Of a stretch of 24,000 nucleotides of DNA, positions 8,019 to 16,634 are shown piece after piece. Source of the stretch: Alphaproteobacteria bacterium (GTDB lineage: Bacteria; Pseudomonadota; Alphaproteobacteria; ATCC43930; CGMCC-115725); NCBI GenBank assembly GCA_021325525.1, contig JAJPHB010000057.1, positions 8,878-32,877 of the forward strand, in the 5' to 3' direction. The position numbers and the translations under genes are program-made. Numbering within the stretch: position 1 is the stretch's first letter; every line of letters begins with the position of its first letter. The notes beneath the pieces were generated by a model. That model ran no database searches, was not told the DNA's origin, and was given only the letters and a program-made list of their open reading frames with translations.

Positions 8019-9809
8019 ATGGACGAGAAAGAACTCCGCGCGCTGATCGCGCAGGTCAAGGAAGGCGCGCTGTCGCGCCGCGATTTCGTGCGGAGGATGG
8101 TGGCGCTGGGGCTGACGGCGCCCATGGCCGGGCTGATGCTGAACTATTCCGGGGTCGCCTGGGCGCAGCCCGCCCCCGATTGGAAGCCGACCAAAGCCGG
8201 CGGCGGCGGCCCGCTCAAAATGCTGTGGTGGCAGGCGCCGACTCTCCTCAACCCGCATTTCGCGGTCGGCACCAAGGATCAGGACGCTTCGCGCCTCTTC
8301 TACGAGCCGCTCGCCGGCTGGGACGCCGACGGCAACCTCGTGCCCTTCCTCGCCGCCGAGATCCCGAGCCCCGAAAACGGCAGCGTCGCGGCGGACGGCA
8401 CCTCGGTGACATGGAAGTTGAAGCAGGGCGTCAAGTGGCATGACGGCACGCCCTTCACCGCCGATGATTGCATCTTCAATTGGGAATACGCCGCCGACCC
8501 GGCGACCGCGGCCTACGATATCGCCACCTACAAGGATGTGAAGGTCGAGAAGATCGACGACCACACGATCAAGGTCGTCTTCAGCAAGCCGACGCCCTTC
8601 TGGCCCGACGCCTTCGTCGGGGTGCGCGGCATGATCATCCCGAAGCACCTCTTCGAGCCCTACAAGGGCGGGAAGTCGCGCGAGGCGCCGACCAATCTGA
8701 AGCCGGTGGGCACCGGCCCCTATAAATTCGTCGATTTCAAGCCGGGGGACCTCGTCCGCGGCGAGATCAACAAAGACTATCACATACCGAACCGGCCCTA
8801 TTTCGACAGCGTCGAGATGAAGGGCGGCGGCGATGCCATCTCCGCGGCCCGCGCCGTGCTGCAGACCGGCGAATACGACTTCGCCTGGAACCTTCAGGTC
8901 GAGGACGAGATCCTGAAGCGGATGGAGAATGGCGGCAAGGGTCGCGTCACCATCATCGAGACCGGCAATATCGAGCACATCCAGCTCAACACCACCGATC
9001 CCTGGACCGAGGTCGATGGCGAGCGGTCGAGCCTCAAGACCAAACACCCCACATTGAGCGACAAGGCGGTGCGCGACGCGCTCAACCTCCTCGTCGACCG
9101 CGGCTCGGTGCAGAAATACATCTATGGCCGCACCGGCGTCGCGACAGCGAATTTCCTCAACAATCCCGCGCGCTTCCGCTCGAAGAACACGCATTGGGAG
9201 CTCAATATCGAGAAGGCCAACCAGATCCTCGACGCCGCCGGCTGGAAGCGCGGCTCCGACGGCATCCGCGCCAAGGACGGCAAGAAGCTGAAATACGTCT
9301 ATCAGACCTCAATCAACGAGCCGCGCCAGAAGACGCAGGCGATCGTCAAGCAGGCGTGCCAGAAGGCCGGCATCGACATCGAGATCAAATCCATCACCGC
9401 CTCGGTCTTCTTCTCTTCCGACGCCGGCAATCCCGACACCTATCCGCATTTCTATACCGATCTTCAGATGTACACGACGACCATGACCGAGCCGGACCCG
9501 GCGATCTTCATGATCCAGTTCGCGTCATGGGAAGCGGCGAGCAAGGCCAACAAATGGTCGGGGCGCAACATCACGCGCTGGCGCAACGACGAGTACGACA
9601 AGACCTACAAGGCCGCCGAGGGCGAGCTCGATCCGGTGAAGCGGGCCGCGCTGTTCATCAAGATGAACGACCTCGTCATCGAAAACGTGGTCGTCATCCC
9701 GGTCGTCTACCGGCCGAATGTCCGCGGCATCGAGAAGAAGCTGAAGGTGTATCTCAGCGGCTGGGACAGCGACATGTACCAGATCGCGGATTGGCACCGC
9801 GAGGCTTGA
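8019..9809 (+). CDS. ABC transporter substrate-binding protein, family 5 (peptide/nickel/opine type), Tat-exported
   Basis: 596 aa. A twin-arginine signal LSRRDFVRRMVALGLTAPMAG...AWA-QP is present. The family 5 SBP architecture is recognisable (VTWKLKQGVKWHDGTPFTADD, GTGPYKFVDFKPGD, P-rich mid-domain, C-terminal VIPVVYRP). Confidence 0.9.
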   Translation: MDEKELRALIAQVKEGALSRRDFVRRMVALGLTAPMAGLMLNYSGVAWAQPAPDWKPTKAGGGGPLKMLWWQAPTLLNPHFAVGTKDQDASRLFYEPLAGWDADGNLVPFLAAEIPSPENGSVAADGTSVTWKLKQGVKWHDGTPFTADDCIFNWEYAADPATAAYDIATYKDVKVEKIDDHTIKVVFSKPTPFWPDAFVGVRGMIIPKHLFEPYKGGKSREAPTNLKPVGTGPYKFVDFKPGDLVRGEINKDYHIPNRPYFDSVEMKGGGDAISAARAVLQTGEYDFAWNLQVEDEILKRMENGGKGRVTIIETGNIEHIQLNTTDPWTEVDGERSSLKTKHPTLSDKAVRDALNLLVDRGSVQKYIYGRTGVATANFLNNPARFRSKNTHWELNIEKANQILDAAGWKRGSDGIRAKDGKKLKYVYQTSINEPRQKTQAIVKQACQKAGIDIEIKSITASVFFSSDAGNPDTYPHFYTDLQMYTTTMTEPDPAIFMIQFASWEAASKANKWSGRNITRWRNDEYDKTYKAAEGELDPVKRAALFIKMNDLVIENVVVIPVVYRPNVRGIEKKLKVYLSGWDSDMYQIADWHREA

Positions 9810-9852
9810 TGGCCTCGCCCGCCCGATCGGGATCGCCCGCGCCCGCACGCTG

Positions 9853-10812
9853 ATGGGACGCTATCTGCTGCGGCGTCTGCTGATTGCTGTGCCGAGCCTG
9901 CTCGGCATCAGCGTCGTGCTCTTCACGGTGCTGGCGCTGGCGCCGGGCGATCCCTTCGGCGATCTCGCCAGCAATCCCGCCGTGCCGCCCGAGGTGCGCC
10001 TTGCGCTGCGTGCCAAATTCGGCATGGATGATCCCGTGCTGGTGCGCTATTTCCACTGGCTCGTCGCCATGCTGCATGGCGACTGGGGATTTTCCTTCGT
10101 CAGCCGCGTCGATGTCGATACGCTCATCTGGCAGCGCCTGCCGGCGACGCTCTTCGTCGTCGGCACCTCGCAGATCCTGGCGCTGCTCATCGCCTTGCCT
10201 GTCGGCGTGATGTCGGCGACGCGGCCCTATTCGCTCTTCGACCAGATCGCCAATACCTTCGCCTTCATCGGCTTCTCCTTGCCGACCTTCTTCACCGGCC
10301 TCCTCTTCATCCTGCTCTTCAGCATAGAGCTCGACTGGCTGCCCTTCGTCTACCGTTCCGATCTCGCCGCCACCGGCTGGCGCTGGTATTGGGAGGAGTT
10401 CCGCCAGGCAATCATGCCGATCGCCGTGCTCGGCATGTTCCAGGGCGCGTCCTGGACGCGCTATGTGCGCTCGGCGGTGCTCGATGTCATCCGCCTCGAC
10501 TATGTCTCGACGGCGCGGGCGAAAGGGCTGCGCGAGGGCAAGGTCGTGGTGAAGCACGTGCTGCGCAACGCGCTCATCCCGGTGGTGACGCTGGTCGCGC
10601 TGCAAATGCCCGCCGTCTTCGGCGGCGCCATCATCACCGAGCAGATCTTCCGCGTGCCCGGCATCGGCTCGCTGCTCATCAGCTCGATTCTGGCCAATGA
10701 CACGCCCGTCATCATGGCCGTCACCTTCGTCTTCGCCTGCCTCGTCATCCTCTTCAACCTCATCGCCGATATTCTCTATGGCTGGCTCGACCCCCGCATC
10801 GCTTACCGCTGA
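9853..10812 (+). CDS. ABC transporter permease (DppB/OppB-like)
   Basis: 319 aa. The N-terminus MGRYLLRRLLIAVPSLLGISVVLF is typical of this family. The EAA-type coupling loop is DYVSTARAKGLREGKVVVKHVLRNALIP, and there are multiple hydrophobic TM segments. Confidence 0.9.
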   Translation: MGRYLLRRLLIAVPSLLGISVVLFTVLALAPGDPFGDLASNPAVPPEVRLALRAKFGMDDPVLVRYFHWLVAMLHGDWGFSFVSRVDVDTLIWQRLPATLFVVGTSQILALLIALPVGVMSATRPYSLFDQIANTFAFIGFSLPTFFTGLLFILLFSIELDWLPFVYRSDLAATGWRWYWEEFRQAIMPIAVLGMFQGASWTRYVRSAVLDVIRLDYVSTARAKGLREGKVVVKHVLRNALIPVVTLVALQMPAVFGGAIITEQIFRVPGIGSLLISSILANDTPVIMAVTFVFACLVILFNLIADILYGWLDPRIAYR

Positions 10813-11719
10813 CGCCGGGGGGGCGCGCGAGGGCCTCGCCCCGCAGATCTCGCCGGCGCTCGATGCCTGGCGGCGCTTCCGCCGCCACCGCCTCGCCGTC
10901 GCCAGCGCCATCGTCCTCCTCGTCATGGCGCTCGCCGTGGTGCTGGGGCCGACGCTGTGGCCGGTCTCCATCAACGACATCGATTTCGGCGCCCGCCTGC
11001 AGGGCCCGTCGGCGGCGCATCCCTTCGGCACCGACGACCTGGGTCAGGATTTGCTGGCGCGCATGCTCTATGGCGGGCGCATCTCGCTCGCTGTCGGCCT
11101 TGCCGCCATGGTAGTCTCGCTCGTCGTCGGCACGCTGATCGGGGCCATCGCGGGCACGGCGCGCGGCAGCATCGATGCCGGGCTCATGTGGCTCACCGAC
11201 CTCTTCCTGTCGCTGCCGCAGCTGCCGCTCCTTCTCCTCATCATCTATCTCTTCCGCGACGCGCTCAAAGGCCTCGTCGGACCGGAAGGCGGCGTCTTCA
11301 TCCTCGTCGTCGCCGTCATCGGCGGCTTCCGGTGGATGCCCGTGGCGCGGCTCGTGCGGGCACAGTTCCTGTCGCTGCGCGAGAAGGAGTTCGTCGAGGC
11401 GGCGCGCGCTCTCGGCGCCACCACCACGCGGCTGGTGCTGCGCCACATCCTGCCGAATGCGCTCGGCCCCGTCATCGTCGCCGGGACCATCAACGTCGCC
11501 GACGCCATCATCGCAGAATCGACGCTGTCCTTCCTGGGGCTCGGCTTCCCGCCCGACATTCCGACCTGGGGGCGCCTCCTCTTCGACGCCAAGGATTACC
11601 TCGACATCGCGCCGCACTGGGCCCTCATCGCCGGCGCCGCCATCTTTCTCGCGGTGCTCGCCATCAACTTCATCGGCGACGGGCTCCGCGACGTGCTCGA
11701 TCCGCGCCGGGTCATGTGA
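10778..11719 (+). CDS. ABC transporter permease (DppC/OppC-like)
   Basis: WRRFRRHRLAVASAIVLLVM is followed by the HPFGTDDLGQDLLARMLYGGRISL block and the EAA loop EFVEAARALGATTTRLVLRHILPNALGP. No start codon exists after the upstream stop, so the first plausible start is ATG 10778, a 35-nt overlap with the preceding gene. The start is uncertain. Confidence 0.85.
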   Translation: MAGSTPASLTADAGGAREGLAPQISPALDAWRRFRRHRLAVASAIVLLVMALAVVLGPTLWPVSINDIDFGARLQGPSAAHPFGTDDLGQDLLARMLYGGRISLAVGLAAMVVSLVVGTLIGAIAGTARGSIDAGLMWLTDLFLSLPQLPLLLLIIYLFRDALKGLVGPEGGVFILVVAVIGGFRWMPVARLVRAQFLSLREKEFVEAARALGATTTRLVLRHILPNALGPVIVAGTINVADAIIAESTLSFLGLGFPPDIPTWGRLLFDAKDYLDIAPHWALIAGAAIFLAVLAINFIGDGLRDVLDPRRVM

Positions 11720-11724
11720 CCGCG

Positions 11725-12720
11725 ATGATGGCGGCGCAACCTTCCGCCAACGGCGCGCTTCTCGAGATTCGCGGCCTCAAGACGCATTTCGCCACCGATG
11801 ACGGCATCGTGCAGGCGGTCGACGACGTCGACATCCGCATCGATCGCGGCGAGACCGTCTGCGTCGTCGGCGAATCGGGCTGCGGCAAGACGGTCACGGC
11901 GCATTCGGTGCTGAAGCTCATCGCCATGCCGCCCGGCCGCATCGTCGCAGGGCAGATTCTCTGGCAGGGGCGCGACCTGGTGCCGCTCGACGCCGCCGCG
12001 ATGAGCGCCATCCGCAGCAAGGAAATCGCCATCGTCTTCCAGGAGCCGATGACCTCGCTCAACCCGGTCTACACAGTCGGCGAGCAGATCGCCGAGGCGA
12101 TCCGCCTTCACTACGGGCTCGGGCGGCGCGAGGCGATGGACAAGGCGATCGAGATGTTGAAGCTCGTGCACATTTCCAATCCGCGCAAGCGCGCCAAGGA
12201 CTATCCGCACCAATTCTCCGGCGGCATGCGTCAGCGCGTCATGATCGCGATGGCGCTCTCCTGCAATCCGAAGCTCCTCATCGCCGACGAGCCGACCACG
12301 GCGCTCGACGTCACCATCCAGGCGCAGATCCTCGATCTGCTGCACGAGATGAAGTCGCGCTTCGGCATGGCCATCATGCTGATCACGCACGCGATGGGCG
12401 TCGTCGCCGAGACGGCGCAGCGCGTCGTCGTCATGTATGCCGGGAAGGTGGTCGAGGAAGCCGAGGTGGAGCAGCTCTTCGAGGCGCCGCGCCATCCCTA
12501 TACCCAGGGCCTCATCCGCTCGATCCCGCGCATCGACACGGCGGGAGCGCGCAAGACCCGCCTCGAAGCCATAGCCGGCGTCGTGCCGAGCCTCCTGAAC
12601 CCCGCGCCCGGCTGCCGCTTCGCGCCGCGCTGCCGCTTCGCCACATCAGCCTGCCGCGAGGCTTCCCCGCCGCTGCGCGAGGTAGCCCCCGGCCACCGCG
12701 TCGCCTGCGTGCTTTATTGA
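11725..12720 (+). CDS. ABC transporter ATP-binding protein (DppD/OppD-like)
   Basis: It has Walker [10 protein letters not shown], signature FSGGMRQRV, Walker [14 protein letters not shown]-loop ITHAMG and the oligopeptide-type C-terminal extension ([17 protein letters not shown]). An alternative GTG start at 11716 overlaps the permease stop (ATGTGA). Confidence 0.9.
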   Translation: MMAAQPSANGALLEIRGLKTHFATDDGIVQAVDDVDIRIDRGETVCVVGESGCGKTVTAHSVLKLIAMPPGRIVAGQILWQGRDLVPLDAAAMSAIRSKEIAIVFQEPMTSLNPVYTVGEQIAEAIRLHYGLGRREAMDKAIEMLKLVHISNPRKRAKDYPHQFSGGMRQRVMIAMALSCNPKLLIADEPTTALDVTIQAQILDLLHEMKSRFGMAIMLITHAMGVVAETAQRVVVMYAGKVVEEAEVEQLFEAPRHPYTQGLIRSIPRIDTAGARKTRLEAIAGVVPSLLNPAPGCRFAPRCRFATSACREASPPLREVAPGHRVACVLY

Positions 12721-12786
12721 TCGCTCGGGAGAGATGAGCTTGAACCGGCGCACCCTCACCCTGCCCTCCAGTAGGACCATCGCGCC

Positions 12787-13761
12787 GTGACCCAACCCTT
12801 GCTCAGCGTCAAGGATCTGGTGAAGAACTTCCCGGTGAAGGGCGGCCTGTTCAGGCGGACGGTGGAGGCGGTGCATGCCGTCGACCGCGTCAGCTTCGAG
12901 GTCGAAGCCGGCGAGACGCTCGGCATCGTCGGCGAGAGCGGCTGCGGCAAATCGACGACCGGGCGCTGCATTCTCCGCCTCATCGAGCCGACATCGGGCG
13001 CGGTCTGGTTCGAGGGGAAGGACGTGACGGCGCTCGAGGCGAAGGCGCTGCGCGCCCTCAGCCGGGACATGCAGATCATCTTTCAGGACCCTTACGCCTC
13101 GCTCGACCCGCGCATGACGGTGGGCGCCATCATCGGCGAGGCGCTCACCATCCACCGGCTCGCGAAATCGGCGCGCGAGCACCGCGACCGCGTGGCCCAG
13201 CTCCTCGAAACCGTCGGCCTCAAACCGGATCACATGCGGCGTTATCCGCATGAATTCTCGGGCGGGCAGCGCCAGCGCATCGGCATCGCCCGGGCGCTCG
13301 CCGTCGAGCCGAAGCTCATCGTCTGCGACGAACCGGTCTCGGCGCTCGACGTCTCGATCCAGGCGCAGGTCGTCAACCTCCTCGAGGATTTGCAGCAGCA
13401 GTTCCGCCTGACCTACATCTTCATCGCCCATGACCTCTCGATCGTCGAGCATATCAGCACCCGCGTCGCCGTCATGTATCTGGGCCGCATCGTCGAGATC
13501 GCGCCGTCGCGGACGCTCTACACCAACCCGCTCCACCCCTATACCGAGGCGCTCCTCTCGGCGGTGCCGATTCCCGACCCCAAGGTGAAGCGCCGGCGGA
13601 TCACTCTCGAAGGCGAGGTGCCGAACCCGATCGCCCCGCCTTCGGGCTGTCACTTTCATCCGCGCTGTCCCATCCGCCAGCTGCCGCTCTGCGCGACAGA
13701 GCGGCCGGAGCTGAAGGAAGGCCCCGACGGCCACCGCGTCGCCTGCCATTTGCGCGGCTGA
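12787..13761 (+). CDS. ABC transporter ATP-binding protein (DppF/OppF-like)
   Basis: GTG at 12787 is the first start after the in-frame TAG at 12772. It has Walker [10 protein letters not shown], signature FSGGQRQRI, Walker [14 protein letters not shown]-loop IAHDLS and a C-terminal LHPYTEALL / [10 protein letters not shown] extension. Confidence 0.9.
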   Translation: MTQPLLSVKDLVKNFPVKGGLFRRTVEAVHAVDRVSFEVEAGETLGIVGESGCGKSTTGRCILRLIEPTSGAVWFEGKDVTALEAKALRALSRDMQIIFQDPYASLDPRMTVGAIIGEALTIHRLAKSAREHRDRVAQLLETVGLKPDHMRRYPHEFSGGQRQRIGIARALAVEPKLIVCDEPVSALDVSIQAQVVNLLEDLQQQFRLTYIFIAHDLSIVEHISTRVAVMYLGRIVEIAPSRTLYTNPLHPYTEALLSAVPIPDPKVKRRRITLEGEVPNPIAPPSGCHFHPRCPIRQLPLCATERPELKEGPDGHRVACHLRG

Positions 13762-13839
13762 AGCGTTCTCTCGATAAAAGGCAAGAGGCGGCAGTCACCG
13801 GCCGTTCGCCGCGCATGGCACACCCGCGCCCGGCGCGGC

Positions 13840-13868
13840 TTGGAACGCTGCCGGGCTTCGTCTTTAAT
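13840..13868 (+). promoter_or_regulatory. Candidate internal sigma70-type promoter ahead of the second SBP gene
   Basis: TTGGAA (13840-13845), a 17-nt spacer, then TTTAAT (13863-13868), within the 146-nt gap after the second ATPase gene and about 40 nt upstream of ATG 13908. This is pattern match only. Confidence 0.3.
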
Positions 13869-13907
13869 GCCGCCCGCACAGCGCTGCCATTCCCGGGAGG
13901 ACATCGC

Positions 13908-15461
13908 ATGAAGCCGCTTGCCATCGCCGTTCCGCTGATTTTCGCGCTGTCGGCTCTTGCCGCCGGCGGGGCCGTCCCGTCGGCCGCGGCCGCCGACGAG
14001 AAGCCGATCATCGTCGGCGTCGGCGCGGCGCCGCAGAGCATGGATCCGCAATCGGCCGACGTCGATTCCAACCTCTCGGCGATGGCCAACATGTTCGAGG
14101 GGCTGGTGCAGCGCGACACCGCCGGCACGCTGAAGCCGGCGCTCGCCACGTCCTGGGAGCGGGTCGACGAGCTGACCTGGCGCTTCCATCTGCGCCAGGG
14201 CGTCAAGTTCCACAACGGCAACGACTTCACCTGGCAGGACGTGAAGTTCTCCTTCGACCGCATCAAGAATCCGCAGGTCTCGCCCTTCTCCAATATCGGC
14301 GCGCTCATCGCCTCGGTGGCGCCAGTCAATGGCGATCCCTGGGTCATCGACGTGAAGACGACGCAGCCCGTGCCCTTCTTCGTCCAGATGCTGCATCAGA
14401 TCTTCATCATGGACCAGAAATCGACCGAGCAGCGCTCGCCGGGCGAGGTCGGGCAGACGCCGATCGGCACCGGACCCTACAAATTCGTCGAATGGGTCAA
14501 GGGCTCCTACCTCAAGATGACGGCGAACGAGCATTACTGGGACAAGGCGCCGCCGGTGAAGAACGCCGAGTTCCGGCCGATCGCCGAGGCCTCGACCCGG
14601 CTCGCCGCGATCGCCAGCGGCGAGATCGACATCCTCCAGGACGTGCCCGTCTCGCTCGCCAAGGCGATCGAGAGGAATCCGCAGATCGAGATGATCAGCC
14701 GGCCGGCCCGGCGCTCGATCTTCCTCGGCCTCGGCAACAAGCCGGGGACGCCGACCGCCGATCTGCGGGTGCGCAAGGCGATGGCCATGGCGATCGACGA
14801 GCCGGAGATCATCCAGAAGGTGATGTTCGGCCATGCGAGCCTCTGCGCCCAGATCCCGGACCCGCCGACGATCGGCTACAGCGCCGATATCAAGCGCCTC
14901 CCCTATGATCCCGCCGAGGCGAAGAAGCTGCTGACCGAGGCCGGCTACGGCAACGGCTTCGACATCACCTTGAGCGGCCCCAACGACCGCTACGTCCAGG
15001 ACGCGCAGATCGAGGCGACGGTGGCGGCGCAGCTCTCGCGCATCGGCATCCGCGTCAAGGTCGATTCGAAGCCAAAGGCGGTTTTCTTTCCCGAGATCAA
15101 CCAGCACAAGGACAATTTCTACCTGATCGGCTGGTTCGACGGCTCCTACGACTACGGCCGCACCTTCCGCCAGCTCCTGCATACGGTCGACGAGAAGGCG
15201 GGCTTCGGCGCGACCAACGGCTCCGGCTACAGCAATCCCGAGCTCGACAAGATGTTTGCCGAGACCGAGAAGATCATCGATCCGGAGAAGCGCGCGGCGG
15301 CGCTAGCGAAGCTGAACGAGGCGGCGATGGCGCAGCTCGCCGTCATTCCGCTCCATTACCAGCAGGACGACTACGCCGTGCGCAAGGACCACGGCATCGT
15401 CTTCACGCCGCGCTCGGACACCTGGATCGTCTTCAAGGACATCTCGCGGAAGAGCTCGTGA
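13908..15461 (+). CDS. ABC transporter substrate-binding protein, family 5, Sec-type signal peptide
   Basis: ATG at 13908 has a GGGAGG SD at 13895-13900. The signal peptide is MKPLAIAVPLIFALSALAAGGAVPSAAAA. Family 5 blocks are present: WRFHLRQGVKFHNGNDFTWQDV, GTGPYKFVEWVKGS and YSNPELDKMF. Confidence 0.9.
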   Translation: MKPLAIAVPLIFALSALAAGGAVPSAAAADEKPIIVGVGAAPQSMDPQSADVDSNLSAMANMFEGLVQRDTAGTLKPALATSWERVDELTWRFHLRQGVKFHNGNDFTWQDVKFSFDRIKNPQVSPFSNIGALIASVAPVNGDPWVIDVKTTQPVPFFVQMLHQIFIMDQKSTEQRSPGEVGQTPIGTGPYKFVEWVKGSYLKMTANEHYWDKAPPVKNAEFRPIAEASTRLAAIASGEIDILQDVPVSLAKAIERNPQIEMISRPARRSIFLGLGNKPGTPTADLRVRKAMAMAIDEPEIIQKVMFGHASLCAQIPDPPTIGYSADIKRLPYDPAEAKKLLTEAGYGNGFDITLSGPNDRYVQDAQIEATVAAQLSRIGIRVKVDSKPKAVFFPEINQHKDNFYLIGWFDGSYDYGRTFRQLLHTVDEKAGFGATNGSGYSNPELDKMFAETEKIIDPEKRAAALAKLNEAAMAQLAVIPLHYQQDDYAVRKDHGIVFTPRSDTWIVFKDISRKSS

Positions 15462-15481
15462 AAATCTCGGGGTGGCGGGAT

Positions 15482-15596
15482 TGCGTCCTTCGAGACGCGT
15501 CCTTCGGACGCCCTCAGGATGAGGGGCATTCTGGATGCCATTGACGATGTTCCCTCATCCTGAGGAGCCCACGAAGCGGGCGTCTCGAAGGACGCA
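15482..15596. repeat. REP/MITE-like nested imperfect palindrome (intergenic)
   Basis: The outer arms TGCGTCCTTCGAGACGC (15482-15498) and GCGTCTCGAAGGACGCA (15580-15596) are perfect 17-bp reverse complements. The inner arms CCTCAGGATGAGGG (15512-15525) and CCCTCATCCTGAGG (15552-15565) are perfect 14-bp complements. The left arm also holds a tandem near-repeat GCGTCCTTCGAGAC/GCGTCCTTCGGACG with a CGTCC-TTC-GGACG mini-hairpin. The CCTCATCCTGAGGAGC...GTCTCGAAGGACG theme resembles, from memory, multi-copy intergenic repeats of Hyphomicrobiales. Confidence 0.7.
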
Positions 15597-15665
15597 CGAT
15601 CGCCGCGCAAATTCGCTTTACCGCTCGGCAATGCTTTGCCGGTGCAAGCATGGTCCCCGCGCACC

Positions 15666-16634
15666 ATGATCGCCTTCGTCGGAAGGCGGGCGCTGCAGAG
15701 CATCGTTGTGCTCGCGATCGTCTCCTTCATCAGCTTTCTCATCTTCCAATATATCGGCGATCCGGTCCTCACCATGGCCGGGCAGTTCGCAACCCAGGCC
15801 GAGCAGGCGCAGATCCGGGAGGCGCTCGGCCTCGACCGGCCCTTTTACGTGCAATATGCCGAGTTCGTCGGCAACGCGCTGCGCGGCAATCTCGGCGTCT
15901 CCTACGTCGCGCGCGTGCCGGCGCTCGGCCTCATTCTCGAGCGCCTGCCGGCCAGTATCGAGCTCGCCGTGGCGGCGGAGCTCCTCGCCGTCGGGCTCGG
16001 CGTGTCGCTGGGCTCGCTCGCCGCCGCCTATCCGCGCTCGGCCTTCAGCAAGGCGACGCTGACGGGGTCGCTCCTCGGCGTGTCGGTGCCGACCTTCATC
16101 GTCGGCATCGCGCTCATCCTCGTCTTCGCCGTCGGGCTCGGCTGGCTGCCGCCCTTCGGGAGAGGCGAGGTCGTGCCAGTCTTCGGGAGCTGGCGCACCG
16201 GCTTCGTCACCGCGAGCGGGCTGCAGCATCTCATTCTGCCGGCCTTGACGCTCGGCATGTTCCAGCTCGCCCTTCTCTTCCGCCTGACGCGGGGCGGCGT
16301 CATCGAAGCGCTGCAGACCGACTACGTGCGCACCGCGCGGGCCAAGGGGCTGGGGCCGGTTCGCGTCATCGTCAAGCACGCGCTGCGCAACGTGCTCATC
16401 CCGGTCGTTACCATGATCGGCCTGCAATTCGGCCAGCTCATCGGCTTCTCGCTCGTCACCGAGACGATCTTCCAGTGGCCGGGGGCCGGCAATCTGCTGC
16501 TGCAATCGATCTTCGAGAGCGATTTCCCTGTCGTCGCCTCCTACATCATCATCGTCGCCCTTCTCGTTGTCGGCCTCAATCTCCTCGTCGACATCGCCTA
16601 TGCCTTCCTCGACCCGCGGATCCGCTATGGCTGA
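15666..16634 (+). CDS. ABC transporter permease (DppB/OppB-like), second module
   Basis: ATG at 15666 gives MIAFVGRRALQSIVVLAIVSFISF. The EAA loop is DYVRTARAKGLGPVRVIVKHALRNVLIP, and the C-terminus DIAYAFLDPRIRYG is typical of the family. Confidence 0.9.
   Translation: MIAFVGRRALQSIVVLAIVSFISFLIFQYIGDPVLTMAGQFATQAEQAQIREALGLDRPFYVQYAEFVGNALRGNLGVSYVARVPALGLILERLPASIELAVAAELLAVGLGVSLGSLAAAYPRSAFSKATLTGSLLGVSVPTFIVGIALILVFAVGLGWLPPFGRGEVVPVFGSWRTGFVTASGLQHLILPALTLGMFQLALLFRLTRGGVIEALQTDYVRTARAKGLGPVRVIVKHALRNVLIPVVTMIGLQFGQLIGFSLVTETIFQWPGAGNLLLQSIFESDFPVVASYIIIVALLVVGLNLLVDIAYAFLDPRIRYG

Noticed and set aside
6530-9194. 531-aa and 508-aa minus-strand ORFs antisense to the SAF-domain and SBP genes, plus the 369-aa plus-strand ORF 6691-7800.
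   Set aside because: Their composition is Arg/Asp/Gly/Ala low-complexity. They sit antisense or out of frame to well-supported genes and have no start context. They exist because stop codons are rare in GC-rich sequence.
9810-9852. Short palindrome CCCGATCGGG in the 43-nt gap between SBP1 and the first permease gene.
   Set aside because: It is only 10 bp and self-complementary with no loop, which is common by chance in GC-rich DNA. That is insufficient to call a regulatory hairpin.
12734-12790. 18-codon mini-ORF ([18 protein letters not shown]) in the 66-nt gap between the two ATPase genes, ending in a GTGA overlap with the second ATPase start.
   Set aside because: The GGGAGAG run directly abuts the ATG, with the core GGGAG only 2 nt upstream, so the spacing is wrong for an SD. 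The peptide has no features and the ORF is too short to evaluate. I note it only as a possible coupling ORF.
15371-15775. 134-aa minus-strand ORF spanning the SBP2-permease intergenic region.
   Set aside because: It is a translation of the REP-like palindrome (giving the recurrent SFETP.../PQDEG-type peptide) plus antisense flanks. This is a classic mis-annotation of repeat elements rather than a gene.
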